Assembly (NCBI GenBank): GCA_963819655.1
Contig: CAWFXA010000003.1
Location: 864,001-928,000 of the forward strand
Source: an uncultured Chloroflexia bacterium
Lineage (GTDB): Bacteria; Chloroflexota; Limnocylindria; Limnocylindrales; CSP1-4
Direction: 5' to 3'
Length of the DNA stretch: 64,000 bases
The notes beneath the pieces are model-generated. The model saw only the letters and a list, made by a program, of their open reading frames with translations, was not told the DNA's origin and made no database searches. Shown in pieces: positions 31,928 through 41,581 of the stretch. A program made the position numbers and the translations under genes. The stretch's first letter is position 1; every line of letters begins with the position of its first letter.

Positions 31928-32687
31928 TCATCGGACGTGCTCGTGTGCGGGTTCGCCGGGTGCGTGGCGATGAGGCCGCTCGCCGAAGATCGCCCGACCG
32001 ACGCGGACGATCGTCGCCCCCTCCTCGACGGCCACCTCGAAGTCGTCGCTCATCCCCATCGACAGGTCCAGGCCGAGAGGCGCACCGGCTGCCCGCAGGC
32101 GCTCGGACAGCGTGCCGGAGCCCCGCGAAGGTCGACCTGGCCGCCTCGGCGTCGGCAACGAGACGGCCGATGGTCATGAGACCGCGGACCTCGAGCGCGT
32201 CGAGCCCGGACGTCCGCTCGACCGCATCGTCCAGCTCGGCCGGCGCGAAGCCGGCCTTCGACGGGTCGTCGTCGACGTTGACCTGGAGCAGGACCGGGTA
32301 GCGCGCGGCCGGGCCGGCGCTTCGGACATCGCGGGCGAGGCGGTCCAGCCGCTCGGCCAGCCCGACGGAGTCGACGGACTGGATGAGGTCGAAAGCCTCG
32401 AGCGCGCGGCGGGCCTTGTTCGACTGGAGCGGACCGATCAGGTGCCACGTCGCGCCGGCGACCTGCGCGACCTTGGACTCGCCCTCCTGGACGCGGTTCT
32501 CACCGAGCGTGCGGATCCCGGCCCCGACGGCGTCGAGCAGGCGGCTCGCGTCGACCTCTTTCGAGACCGCGACAAGCGTGACATCCGCGGGGTCGCGACC
32601 GACCCGCGCGCAGGCGACGGCGATCCGCGCGAGGACAGCGGCGTGCGCAGCACGGAGGGTGTCGATGTCCGTGGTCGGGCCCGTCAT
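31928..32687 (-). CDS. yggS: PLP homeostasis protein YggS/PROSC, +1 frameshift near 32114
   Basis: [23 protein letters not shown] and GLMTIG in one frame; [28 protein letters not shown] in another. Confidence 0.9.
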
Positions 32688-32718
32688 CGCCTCGCTGCCG
32701 GCGTCGCGCCGGCCGGGA

Positions 32719-33945
32719 TCACTTGCGGCGGAGGAAGCTCGGGATCTCCAGGTCGTCGGCGTCGTACGTCACGGGCCGTCGGGCGGCGTTCTCGCCGGCC
32801 GTCCGCTCGATCCGGGGCGAGCTGATGAGAGCGGCGGCCTCGTCCTCGCGGATCGTCGGGCTGAAGGCGCCGTCACCACCCTGCTCGCGCTGGCGCTCCA
32901 GCTCCTGCAGGAAGTCGCGCTCGTGAGCGACGCGCGACGATGCCGCGCCTTCCAACACGCCGGTGGCCTCGCGGTGGATGCTCGTGCGCCGCTTGCCACC
33001 GTCGAAGCCGGTGGCGATGACCGTGACCATGACCTCGTCGCCGAGCCGCTCGTTGAAGCTCGTGCCGAACATGATCAGGGCCTCCGGATCGGCGGCCTCC
33101 TTGATCGCCTCGGCGGCCTCGTTGACCTCGAAGAGCGACAGGTTCGACGAGCCCGTGATGTTCCACAGGATGCCCTGGGCGCCGTGGATGTCGAGCTCGA
33201 GGAGAGGGCTCGCGATCGCCTGTTGGGCGGCCTCGACCGCCCGGTTCTCACCAGTCGCCCGGGCGATGCCCATCAGCGCGGACCCAGCGTCCTTCATGAC
33301 GGCCCGAACGTCGGCGAAATCACGGTTGATGAGGCCGGGCACCGTGATGATGTCGCTGATGCCCTGGACGCCCTGGCGCAGCACGTCGTCGACGACCCGG
33401 AACGCGTCGAGGATGCTGGTGTTCTTCTGGACGACGTCCTTGAGGCGGTCGTTGGGGATCGTGATCAGCGCGTCGACCTGTGCCTTCAGCTCCTCGGCGG
33501 CCTTCTCGGCCACGAGCTTGCGGCGATTGCCCTCGAACGCGAACGGCTTGGTCACGACGCCGATCGTCAGTGCGCCGGAATCCTTGGCGATCTGGGCCAC
33601 GACCGGCGCCGCGCCCGACCCGGTCCCGCCGCCGAGCCCGGCCGTGATGAACACCATGTCCGATTCCGCGAGGGCGGAGGCGATCTTGTCGGAGTCCTCC
33701 TCGGCGGAACGCTGCCCCATCGCGGCATCGCCGCCGGCACCGAGCCCGCGGGTCACTTTGTCGCCGATGCGGATCTTGTGCGGCGCATCCGACTGGAGGA
33801 GGGCCTGCGCGTCCGTGTTGCAGGCGATGAACTCGACGCCCATCATCTCGGCCCGGATCATCCGGTTGACGGCATTGCTCCCGCCACCACCGACACCGAT
33901 GACGCGGATCAACGCGAAGTTCTCGGAATCGGAACGCAACGGCAT
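32719..33945 (-). CDS. ftsZ: cell division protein FtsZ
   Basis: [29 protein letters not shown]-terminal [10 protein letters not shown]; SD GGAGGAG. Confidence 0.97.
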   Translation of the reverse strand: MPLRSDSENFALIRVIGVGGGGSNAVNRMIRAEMMGVEFIACNTDAQALLQSDAPHKIRIGDKVTRGLGAGGDAAMGQRSAEEDSDKIASALAESDMVFITAGLGGGTGSGAAPVVAQIAKDSGALTIGVVTKPFAFEGNRRKLVAEKAAEELKAQVDALITIPNDRLKDVVQKNTSILDAFRVVDDVLRQGVQGISDIITVPGLINRDFADVRAVMKDAGSALMGIARATGENRAVEAAQQAIASPLLELDIHGAQGILWNITGSSNLSLFEVNEAAEAIKEAADPEALIMFGTSFNERLGDEVMVTVIATGFDGGKRRTSIHREATGVLEGAASSRVAHERDFLQELERQREQGGDGAFSPTIREDEAAALISSPRIERTAGENAARRPVTYDADDLEIPSFLRRK

Positions 33946-34062
33946 CGGGCTCTCCTCCGGCGACCCTTTGGGGGTCCTGGGCGGTGTCATCGGGTGTTCT
34001 CGGTCAGCGCGCTCGGTCGGGACCCTGGTGCCTCGGTGGCGGACGGGTCCGTGGGTCCGGGG

Positions 34063-34068
34063 AGTATA
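34063..34068 (-). promoter_or_regulatory. putative -10 element (TATACT) of an internal ftsZ promoter
   Basis: TATACT in a GC-rich 220-nt gap upstream of ftsZ; no clear -35. Confidence 0.4.
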
Positions 34069-34166
34069 GCGCTGAGGCCAAGGGCTGGCCATCGAGCCTC
34101 CTGCCGTTCGAAGGGCTGCGGCAAGGGTCGGTGCCGGTGGCGCCGCCGAGGGAGGCCCAGCCGCCC

Positions 34167-34580
34167 CTACCCCGCCAAGAAGCTGAGCCGGACCGTCCGT
34201 TCCGCGTTGTCGGCATTGGGGTCGAGCAGGCAGATCGACTGCCACGTCCCGAGCGCCGCGCGGCCGTCGATGACCGGGACCGTCAGCGACGGCGCCGCCA
34301 GCAACGGCAGGACATGGTCGGCACCGTGGCCCGGCGACCCGTGCCGGTGCCGGTACAGCCGGTCCTCGCGTGGCAGCAACCGGTCAAGGGCGTCCATGAG
34401 GTCGTCGTCCGAGCCCGATCCGACCTCGACAACGACGAGGCCGGCCGTCGCATGCGGCACGAACACGGACAGCAAGCCGTCCCCGGCCTCGATGTCCGAG
34501 AGGAACGCGGCCACCGCCGGCGTCAGGTCGGCCAGCCCGCGGGCGGACCCCGTCCGGACCGTCAGTACCCGTGTCTCTAC
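34167..34580 (-). CDS. yjbQ: YjbQ/UPF0047 family protein (no canonical start codon)
   Basis: [31 protein letters not shown]. The expected first codon reads GTA. Confidence 0.8.
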   Translation of the reverse strand, partial: VETRVLTVRTGSARGLADLTPAVAAFLSDIEAGDGLLSVFVPHATAGLVVVEVGSGSDDDLMDALDRLLPREDRLYRHRHGSPGHGADHVLPLLAAPSLTVPVIDGRAALGTWQSICLLDPNADNAERTVRLSFLAG

Positions 34581-35809
34581 GGGAAGATACTCCGGAGGGC
34601 GTCGCGGATGCGGCCCAGGCCACCCATCGCGGGCGCCGACTCGTAGCGCAGCGGCTCGCCGTCGACGAGCGTCGTGGCGCCCCATTGGAGCAGCCCGACA
34701 CCGGTGCTGTAGGCCGGCGTCAGCAGGGTGTCGACCAGCCCGCCGATGCCGCTCGGTGCTGCGACGCGGACGGGCATCTCGAGGACCTCGCGGCCGAGCT
34801 CGGCGATCCCCGACAGCTGCGCCGAGCCGCCCGTGAGGATCACCCCGGCGGGCAGCTGCCGCACGCCCGCCGCGCGGATCTCGTTGCGCAACAGCTCGAA
34901 GGTCTCGCGCATCCGCGCCTCGATGACCTGACACACCTCGAGCCGGCTGACGGTCCGACCGGCGTCCTCGCCCAGGACGCTCACGCTGATCTCCTCGTCG
35001 TCGGTCACCGTTCGCAGGTCCGCCGTCCCGTTCTGGATCTTCAGCTCCTCGGCGGTCTGGAGCGAGGTCTTGAGGATCGCGGCGATATCGTTGGTGAGGT
35101 TGTTCCCACCGATCGGCAGGACCCGCGTGTGGAATGGCGAGCCATCCTGAAACAGGGCGAGGTCGATCGTGCCCGCGCCGAAGTCGGCGACCGCGACACC
35201 GAGGTCCTTCTCCGTCTCGTTGAGCACGGCCTCGGCCGACGCCAGGGAGTTCACCACCAGCTCGTCGATCTTGACGCCGGCCGCCGCGACGCACTTGGAC
35301 AGGTTGGTCACCGCGGTGGCGGAGGCGGTGACGATGTGCGTCTCGACCTCGAGACGCAACGCGCTCATCCCCATCGGGTCCTTGACCCCCTCCTGCCCGT
35401 CGACCGAGAAGCCGCGCCGCTCGACGTGGAGGACCTCGCGGTTGGACGGGATCGGCACGGCGCGCGCGACGTCGATCGCGCGGTTGATGTCCTCGCGGCT
35501 GACCTCGCGATGATGTCCGGTGACCGCGACCTGGCCGGGCGAGTTGAGGCTCTCGACGTGCTGCCCACCGACCCCGACGAACGCGCGGTCGATCTTCCAA
35601 CCCGACAATCGCTCCGCCTTCTCGACCGCCTCGGCGATCGAGTGGACCGTCTGGTCGATGTTGATGACGACGCCCTTCTTGAGACCAGATGCCGGGACGG
35701 TCCCGTGGCCCATGATCGTCAGCCGCCCGTCGCGACCCACCTCGCCGATGAGCGCGCAGACCTTGCTGGTGCCGACGTCGATGCCGACGAGGACCGCTTC
35801 ACGTTCCAC
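34577..35809 (-). CDS. ftsA: cell division protein FtsA
   Basis: GIDVGTSKVC, GLKKGVVINI, DFGAGT, PIGGNNLTNDI, GVILTGG. Confidence 0.95.
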   Translation of the reverse strand: MEREAVLVGIDVGTSKVCALIGEVGRDGRLTIMGHGTVPASGLKKGVVINIDQTVHSIAEAVEKAERLSGWKIDRAFVGVGGQHVESLNSPGQVAVTGHHREVSREDINRAIDVARAVPIPSNREVLHVERRGFSVDGQEGVKDPMGMSALRLEVETHIVTASATAVTNLSKCVAAAGVKIDELVVNSLASAEAVLNETEKDLGVAVADFGAGTIDLALFQDGSPFHTRVLPIGGNNLTNDIAAILKTSLQTAEELKIQNGTADLRTVTDDEEISVSVLGEDAGRTVSRLEVCQVIEARMRETFELLRNEIRAAGVRQLPAGVILTGGSAQLSGIAELGREVLEMPVRVAAPSGIGGLVDTLLTPAYSTGVGLLQWGATTLVDGEPLRYESAPAMGGLGRIRDALRSIFP

Positions 35810-35837
35810 GTTCCCGTCCGTCTCCCTCTAGGCCGGC

Positions 35838-36161
35838 TTAGAGGAAATGCCGGCGGATGAGTGCCACGTTATCGAAGATGCGAAGACCGAAGGTGATGAG
35901 GGCCACCAGATACAGGTCAAGGCCCAGGCGGTCACCGACGAATGTCAGCAGGACCGCGATGATCGCGTTGACAAGGAAGCCGCTGATGAAGATGCGATTG
36001 TCGTAGACCCCGTCCAGCTCCGCGCGGACCGCCCCGAGGACCGAATCCAGCGCGGCAAGGATCGCCACGGCCGAGTACCGGCTGAGCTCGAAGCCGACGT
36101 TGATGTTGAGGACGAGACCCGCCAGGACGCCCACGAGGAGCCCGAGCAGGGGAAGCAGCAC
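35838..36161 (-). CDS. small basic protein family (DUF1290/Sbp)
   Basis: YSAVAILAALDSVLG, FISGF, GDRLGLDLY, FGLRIFDNVALIRR; usual position between ftsQ and ftsA. Confidence 0.88.
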   Translation of the reverse strand: MLLPLLGLLVGVLAGLVLNINVGFELSRYSAVAILAALDSVLGAVRAELDGVYDNRIFISGFLVNAIIAVLLTFVGDRLGLDLYLVALITFGLRIFDNVALIRRHFL

Positions 36162-36201
36162 GTGGTCCCTCGTCCTCCTCCGTCTGGTTTGGCCAAGGCT
36201 A

Positions 36202-37095
36202 TCACGGGACCGGGGGCTCGCTCGGGATGGGCGTCGCCTTCGTCGTGAACGTCCCGTCGGTCTCGGACGCGAGGATGATGCGGTCGATGAGCGGTTCGCG
36301 CCCGATGAGCAGGCTGCGCAGCAAACGGACCTGGCCCGGGATGAGCTCGGGCGTCCGCAGGGTGGGCGTGTAGAACCCGAAGACGGCCTGCCAGGTGGCG
36401 GGCTTCGTCCGCAGTGTGAAGCCGTTCGCATCGCTGACGAACACGTGGAGCGCCTCCGCCTCGCTGCCCACGTCGGCCGGGACGAGCGACGCGAGCCGGG
36501 TGGCCGCGTCGAGATCCACCCGGTCGAGCGCGCGCCCGACCGACAGGCCGACCGATGCCGCGCGGCGGTCCTCGACCACCGGCAGGTCGGCTGCGCTATC
36601 GGGTGGGGCCTCCGGCAGCCGGGCGAACAGCTGCCCGTCCGTGTCGACGAGATAGCGCCTGGCGCCGACCTGCCAGACGAGGATCGGCGTGCGCTCCCGC
36701 AGACGCACCGCGAGGGTATCGGGCAGGCGGACCGACACGTCCGCCGAGCGAACGGTCGGCAGCTCGCGGATCCGCGCCTCGAGCGGCGGTGTCACGAGCG
36801 CGAACAGGTTCGCGCCGCGCGCCTCCTCCAGCACGGCCCGGACCGCGGCCTCGTCGGTGAACGTGTCGCCCTCGACGGTCGCGTACGCATAGCTGAACAC
36901 CGGCGACTGGGCCACGCCGTACATCGCCGACGCCGACAGGAGGATCACCAGGATCGCGCCGGCCCGGACCGGGGTCAGCCCGGCCGAGGCGCGCCGGATC
37001 GAACGGGTTCGGCGCGCCGGCGCCCCCAGCGATCGCCGCATGGTCGGCCGGATCGGCGCGGGACGACGCGACGGCGGCCGCGGGCGCAGGGTCAT
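36202..37095 (-). CDS. ftsQ: cell division protein FtsQ/DivIB
   Basis: Basic N-terminus, one TM, POTRA-like GANLF..LPTVRSADVSVRLPDTLAVRLRERTP; dcw position. Confidence 0.85.
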   Translation of the reverse strand: MTLRPRPPSRRPAPIRPTMRRSLGAPARRTRSIRRASAGLTPVRAGAILVILLSASAMYGVAQSPVFSYAYATVEGDTFTDEAAVRAVLEEARGANLFALVTPPLEARIRELPTVRSADVSVRLPDTLAVRLRERTPILVWQVGARRYLVDTDGQLFARLPEAPPDSAADLPVVEDRRAASVGLSVGRALDRVDLDAATRLASLVPADVGSEAEALHVFVSDANGFTLRTKPATWQAVFGFYTPTLRTPELIPGQVRLLRSLLIGREPLIDRIILASETDGTFTTKATPIPSEPPVP

Positions 37096-38216
37096 CGGGG
37101 CAGGTCGCCGGTCCCCAGCTTGGTCGCCGGCCGGGCGGCGTGGCGCTCCAGTGCCAGTTCGACGATGCGCACGCACACGTCGGCGAACGTGTAGCCCCCC
37201 TCGGCCGGCATCGTCGGGAAGAGGCTGATCGGGGTGAAGCCCGGGATCGTATTGATCTCCGACACGACGATCCGCTCGCCCGACATCAGGAAGTCGACCC
37301 GCGCGAAGCCCTCCGCTCCGATGGCCCGGTAGACGTCCCGGGCGAGCTTGTGGATCACGGCTCGCTCGACGTCACTGACCTCAGCGCGCGTCGACGTCTC
37401 GGACAGGCCGGGCGTGTACTTGGCGGCGTAGTCGTAGAACTCGTTGCCGCTGATGACCTCGCCGGGCCCGTACAGCTCGAGGGCGGCGTGGTCGTTCCCG
37501 ATGATCGACATCTCGAGGTCGCGGGCGTTGGGCATATAGGCCTCGACCAGGGCGAGCGTGTCATACCGAAACGCACGGTCGAGAGCCGCCGCGAGCTCCG
37601 CCGCGTCGTGCACGAGGGTCATGCCGATCGAGCTGCCGAGTCGGGCCGGTTTGACCATGAGTCGGGGGTCGGCCTCGCCGGCGGCGAACGCCAGCATCTC
37701 TCGCCGCACACCGGGACGGTCGGCCTTCCAGCGCGACGCGCGCACCTCGCGCCAGTCGACGACCGGGATGCCGAGACCCCGGCTCAGCCGCTTGAACAGG
37801 GTCTTGTCCATGCCGAGCGCCGAAGCCGCGACGCCTGAGCCCGTGTACGCCAGCCCGACCGCGTCGAGCATCGCCTGGATGGTCCCGTCCTCGCCGAACG
37901 GTCCGTGCAGCCCGATGACCACGACGGGCGCCGGGTCGGACGCAGCCAGCCGATCGAGCGCGGCACCGACGGCGATCGGCCCCTCCGCGCCCAGTCCGCG
38001 GGGGTCGTCGTAGGCGGCAGCATCGCGATCTCCGCGCCGGTGGTCGGCCGGCAGCCACCACCACGCCCCGTCGAGGTCGATCAGCACCTGGCGGACGTCG
38101 GCACCGGCCTCGGCGAGTGCCAGCGCGATCGCCGAGCCCGACACGATCGACACGTCGTGCTCGGCCGACGGGCCGCCGAGCAGCACGACGATCGGCGGGA
38201 GCTCGGCGGCGGTCAC
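37092..38216 (-). CDS. ddl: D-alanine--D-alanine ligase
   Basis: GGPSAEHDVS, LHGPFGEDG, MDK, KPARLGSSIG, FYDYAAKY, EINTIPG. Confidence 0.95.
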   Translation of the reverse strand: MTAAELPPIVVLLGGPSAEHDVSIVSGSAIALALAEAGADVRQVLIDLDGAWWWLPADHRRGDRDAAAYDDPRGLGAEGPIAVGAALDRLAASDPAPVVVIGLHGPFGEDGTIQAMLDAVGLAYTGSGVAASALGMDKTLFKRLSRGLGIPVVDWREVRASRWKADRPGVRREMLAFAAGEADPRLMVKPARLGSSIGMTLVHDAAELAAALDRAFRYDTLALVEAYMPNARDLEMSIIGNDHAALELYGPGEVISGNEFYDYAAKYTPGLSETSTRAEVSDVERAVIHKLARDVYRAIGAEGFARVDFLMSGERIVVSEINTIPGFTPISLFPTMPAEGGYTFADVCVRIVELALERHAARPATKLGTGDLPR

Positions 38217-39172
38217 TCCGGCCACGGCCAGCCATCCCAGTCACCGATGAACTCGATCTCGTACTCGAGAGCGATGCCGCTCGTCTCGGCGACGACGGCC
38301 CGCACGTGATCCCCGAGTCGGCGCACGTCGGCCGCGCTGCCCTTCTGGTCATTGACGATGAAATTGGCGTGCTTCTCGGATACGACGGCACCGCCGATAC
38401 GGTGACCCTTGAGACCGGCAGCCTCGATGAGGCGCCCGGCGGAGTCCCCGGGCGGATTGCGGAACACGCTGCCGGCCGACGGCAGACCGAGCGGCTGATG
38501 CGCCTGGCGCCAGCGGCGGATGTCGTCGAGGCGCGTCTTGATCGTGCCCGGGTCGGCCGGCTCGAGGTGGAACGTCGCGTCGAGGATCAGATCGGGCGGG
38601 CGGTCCCCGGCCGGCTGCTTGAAGCGGCTCTCGCGGTAGGCCAGTCCGAGCTCGGCGACCGGCACCACCGCCTCTCGACCCTCGCCGTCCAGCACGCGGG
38701 CGGACTCGATGACGCCGGCCATATCCGATTCGTGCGCGCCCGCGTTGGCCCACACGGCACCGCCGACAGTGCCCGGGATGGCCAGACCGAACTCGAGCCC
38801 GGTCAGCCCCCCTTTCTGCGTCTCCGTGGCGGCACGGGCCATCGGCACACCGGCGTCGGCGACATAGCGGTCGCCGTCGATGCGCGACCCCTCCGCGCGA
38901 TCCTGGATGACGAGGCCGCGGATCCCACGGTCGCTTATGACGAGGTCGCTCCCCCGCCCCAGGATGCGGTGGGAGATGTCGCGTGCGCGCGCGTAGCGAA
39001 CGAGCGCGCGCAGCTCGAATAGGTTGTGGACGGTCGCGAACAGGTCGGCCGGGCCGCCGACCCGCATCGTCGTGAACCGCGCCAGGGGCTCGTCCCGCGA
39101 GGTCTTGACGCCGACCCGTCGCTGGATGTCGGACCCGGCCGCGATCGCGTCGAACGCGGCCACCGCGGTCAC
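38213..39172 (-). CDS. murB: UDP-N-acetylenolpyruvoylglucosamine reductase
   Basis: TTMRVGGPA, IPGTVGGA..NAGA, PSAGSVFRNP, SEKHANFIVN. Confidence 0.95.
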   Translation of the reverse strand: MTAVAAFDAIAAGSDIQRRVGVKTSRDEPLARFTTMRVGGPADLFATVHNLFELRALVRYARARDISHRILGRGSDLVISDRGIRGLVIQDRAEGSRIDGDRYVADAGVPMARAATETQKGGLTGLEFGLAIPGTVGGAVWANAGAHESDMAGVIESARVLDGEGREAVVPVAELGLAYRESRFKQPAGDRPPDLILDATFHLEPADPGTIKTRLDDIRRWRQAHQPLGLPSAGSVFRNPPGDSAGRLIEAAGLKGHRIGGAVVSEKHANFIVNDQKGSAADVRRLGDHVRAVVAETSGIALEYEIEFIGDWDGWPWPE

Positions 39173-40329
39173 GCCAGCGACCCGCGCGACCGTCGTTCGA
39201 CGGTGGCCGGGTCGGGCAGCGGCTCGCGTCGTGCTGCCGCGAGCACGAGATCGGCCACGGCATCGGCCGCCCCGGGCCGGCCGAGGCTGCGGCATGCCGC
39301 CGACATCGCCAGGTGGGCCGACGGATCGTCGAGCAGCTGCGCGGCCTCGATCAATGCTGCTGCATCGAAGTCGCCATCGTCGATCAGCCGGCCCGCTCCG
39401 GCCTCGACGAGCTGGCGGGCATTGGCCTTCTGGTGTCCGGCGGCGTGCGGATAGGGCACGACCACGATCGGCAGACCCAGGGCGGTCACCTCGGCGAGCG
39501 TCGACGAGCCCGCACGACCGACGACGAGGTCGGCGGCGGCCAGGGCGGTCAGCATGTCGTCGCGCAGGAACGGGTGCGGGCGGTAGCGCTCGCGCTGGTC
39601 CGCCGGGAGCGCCTCGCGACCCGTCAGCGCCGCCGCATAGCCGTCGTCCCCGGTCACGTGGATGACGACCACCCGCTCGGTCAGCCGAGGCAGCGCCTCG
39701 GCGACCGCGGCATTGAACCGACGGACCGCCTGCGACCCCCCGAAGATCAGCAGCACCCGCGCCCCGGGTGTGATGCCGAGCCGCTGGCGGGCGGCCTCAC
39801 GGTCGATCGATGCTGTGTCACGGATCGGCGTGCCGGTCACGTAGCACGGCCGGCCGGGCGCGGCGGACGCCAGCGTCGCGCAGGTCGCCTCGAACGAGAC
39901 CGCCAGCACGTCGGCGAGCCGGGCCGTCGCACGCACAGCGCGGCCGGGGATCACGTTGCCGTCCCACAGCACGACCGGGATGCCGAGCGGGGCCGCGGCA
40001 AGGAGCACCGGGACCGCCACGTACCCGCCGGTCGTGAAGATCGCGGCTGGCCGCTCGGCGGCCAGGATCGCCGCCGCCTGCGGCACCGAGGCGCCGAGGC
40101 GGAGTGGGTCGAGGACGACGTGCGCGTCCAGCTCGACCGAGCGCAGCGAACGGAGCGCAAGCCGCCGGAACGTGATCCCGGCCGCCGGGACGATGCCCGC
40201 CTCGAGACCGCGATGCCCGCCGAGCCAGCTGAGCTCAGCGCCGTCCGGTCGCGCGCGCAGCGACCGGGCGACGGCCAGAGCCGGGTAGATGTGCCCGCCC
40301 GTTCCGCCGCCGGCGATCAGCAGTCGCAT
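39169..40329 (-). CDS. murG: lipid II GlcNAc transferase MurG
   Basis: AGGGTGGHIYPA, TGGYVA, FGGSQA, GRAGSSTLAE, HQKANA. Confidence 0.95.
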   Translation of the reverse strand: MRLLIAGGGTGGHIYPALAVARSLRARPDGAELSWLGGHRGLEAGIVPAAGITFRRLALRSLRSVELDAHVVLDPLRLGASVPQAAAILAAERPAAIFTTGGYVAVPVLLAAAPLGIPVVLWDGNVIPGRAVRATARLADVLAVSFEATCATLASAAPGRPCYVTGTPIRDTASIDREAARQRLGITPGARVLLIFGGSQAVRRFNAAVAEALPRLTERVVVIHVTGDDGYAAALTGREALPADQRERYRPHPFLRDDMLTALAAADLVVGRAGSSTLAEVTALGLPIVVVPYPHAAGHQKANARQLVEAGAGRLIDDGDFDAAALIEAAQLLDDPSAHLAMSAACRSLGRPGAADAVADLVLAAARREPLPDPATVERRSRGSLA

Positions 40330-41581
40330 CGTCGTTCCAGGTCCCCTTCTCGATGGTCTCGCGCGAGATCGAGAGAAGGATCCCGATCGCGGCGAAGCTG
40401 ATGATGAGTGACGACCCGCCGGCGCTGATGAACGGCAGCGTGATCCCGGTGATCGGCACGAGGGTCACGACGACCCCGATGTTGATGAACGCCTGGATGC
40501 ACAGCCAGGCCGTGATCCCCGCCGCCAGGAGCGCCCCGAACGTGTCGGGCGCGCCGAGCGCCACGCGGATGCCAGCGTAGGCCAGCAGCACGAACAGTGC
40601 GATGACGATGCCGGCACCGACGAGGCCGAACTCCTCGCCGATGATCGCGAAGATGAAGTCGTTGAAGGCGTTGGGGACGAACAGGCCGCCGGCCATCCGG
40701 CTCTCGCCGAGGCCCGACCCGAACACGCCCCCGAGGCCGAGCGCGAGCAGCCCCTGCACGGTGTGGTAGCCGATCGTGTCGGCGTACTTCCACGGATCGA
40801 GCCAGGCGCGGATGCGGTCCATCTGGTAGCCCGCCAGGCCGACCATGATCGCGGCCAGACCGGCCAGACCGACCATCGAGCCCAGGTGGAAGGTGTTCCC
40901 GCCGGCGATGAACCACATCGTGAATGCGGTCAGGGTGATCACGATCGTCGTCCCGAGGTCGGGCTCCTTGAACACGAGCGCGATGATCGGCCCGGCGATG
41001 AGCAGGAACGGCACGGTCCCGCCCCAGAACCCACCGACCTTCAGACCGCGCTTCGCGAACCAGTGGGCGAGGTAGACGATCATGGCCAGCTTGGCCATCT
41101 CGGCGGGGTGGATGGCGGGCAGCGGGCCGAGCCGCAGCCAGCGCGCCGAGCCGCCGATGACGATGTTGAAGTCGTCGACGAAGACGAGGACGAGCAGGCC
41201 GAGAGCGATCAGGTAGCCCGGGATCGACACCAGCCGCAGGTAGCGGTAGTCGACCCGCATCATCGCGACCATCGCAAGCAGCCCGAGCAGTGCCCACTGG
41301 ATCTGGGGTCCGACGGTCTGGAACGTGTCGGCTTCGGCCGACAGGTAGCCCTTCATGGCCGACGACGAATAGACCATGAGGATGCCGATCGCCGCGAGGG
41401 CGACGACGACGACGAGGATCATGTAGTCCGGGGCGTGACGCTCGCGCTGGAGGGCCTGGGTCAGGTCCTTGGCGGGCGTCCTGTTGACCGACCGCCGCGA
41501 GTCGCTCGACCGTTTCCGCTCGCGCTCGTCCGGGTCGGCGAAGGGGCGACCGAACCGCGGGATCGGTGGGGCGAGGTTCAT
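40235..41581 (-). CDS. ftsW: SEDS peptidoglycan polymerase FtsW
   Basis: MVYSSS, GSARWL, PAEMAKL, EPDLGT, DFIFAIIGEEFG, TLPFISAGGSS. Confidence 0.95.
   Translation of the reverse strand: MNLAPPIPRFGRPFADPDERERKRSSDSRRSVNRTPAKDLTQALQRERHAPDYMILVVVVALAAIGILMVYSSSAMKGYLSAEADTFQTVGPQIQWALLGLLAMVAMMRVDYRYLRLVSIPGYLIALGLLVLVFVDDFNIVIGGSARWLRLGPLPAIHPAEMAKLAMIVYLAHWFAKRGLKVGGFWGGTVPFLLIAGPIIALVFKEPDLGTTIVITLTAFTMWFIAGGNTFHLGSMVGLAGLAAIMVGLAGYQMDRIRAWLDPWKYADTIGYHTVQGLLALGLGGVFGSGLGESRMAGGLFVPNAFNDFIFAIIGEEFGLVGAGIVIALFVLLAYAGIRVALGAPDTFGALLAAGITAWLCIQAFINIGVVVTLVPITGITLPFISAGGSSLIISFAAIGILLSISRETIEKGTWNDDATADRRRRNGRAHLPGSGRRPVAARATGRR

Noticed and set aside
31359-32687. 442-aa YggS-YggU fusion ORF
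   Set aside because: An artefact of the yggS frameshift; the intervening part is out-of-frame yggS/yggT sequence.
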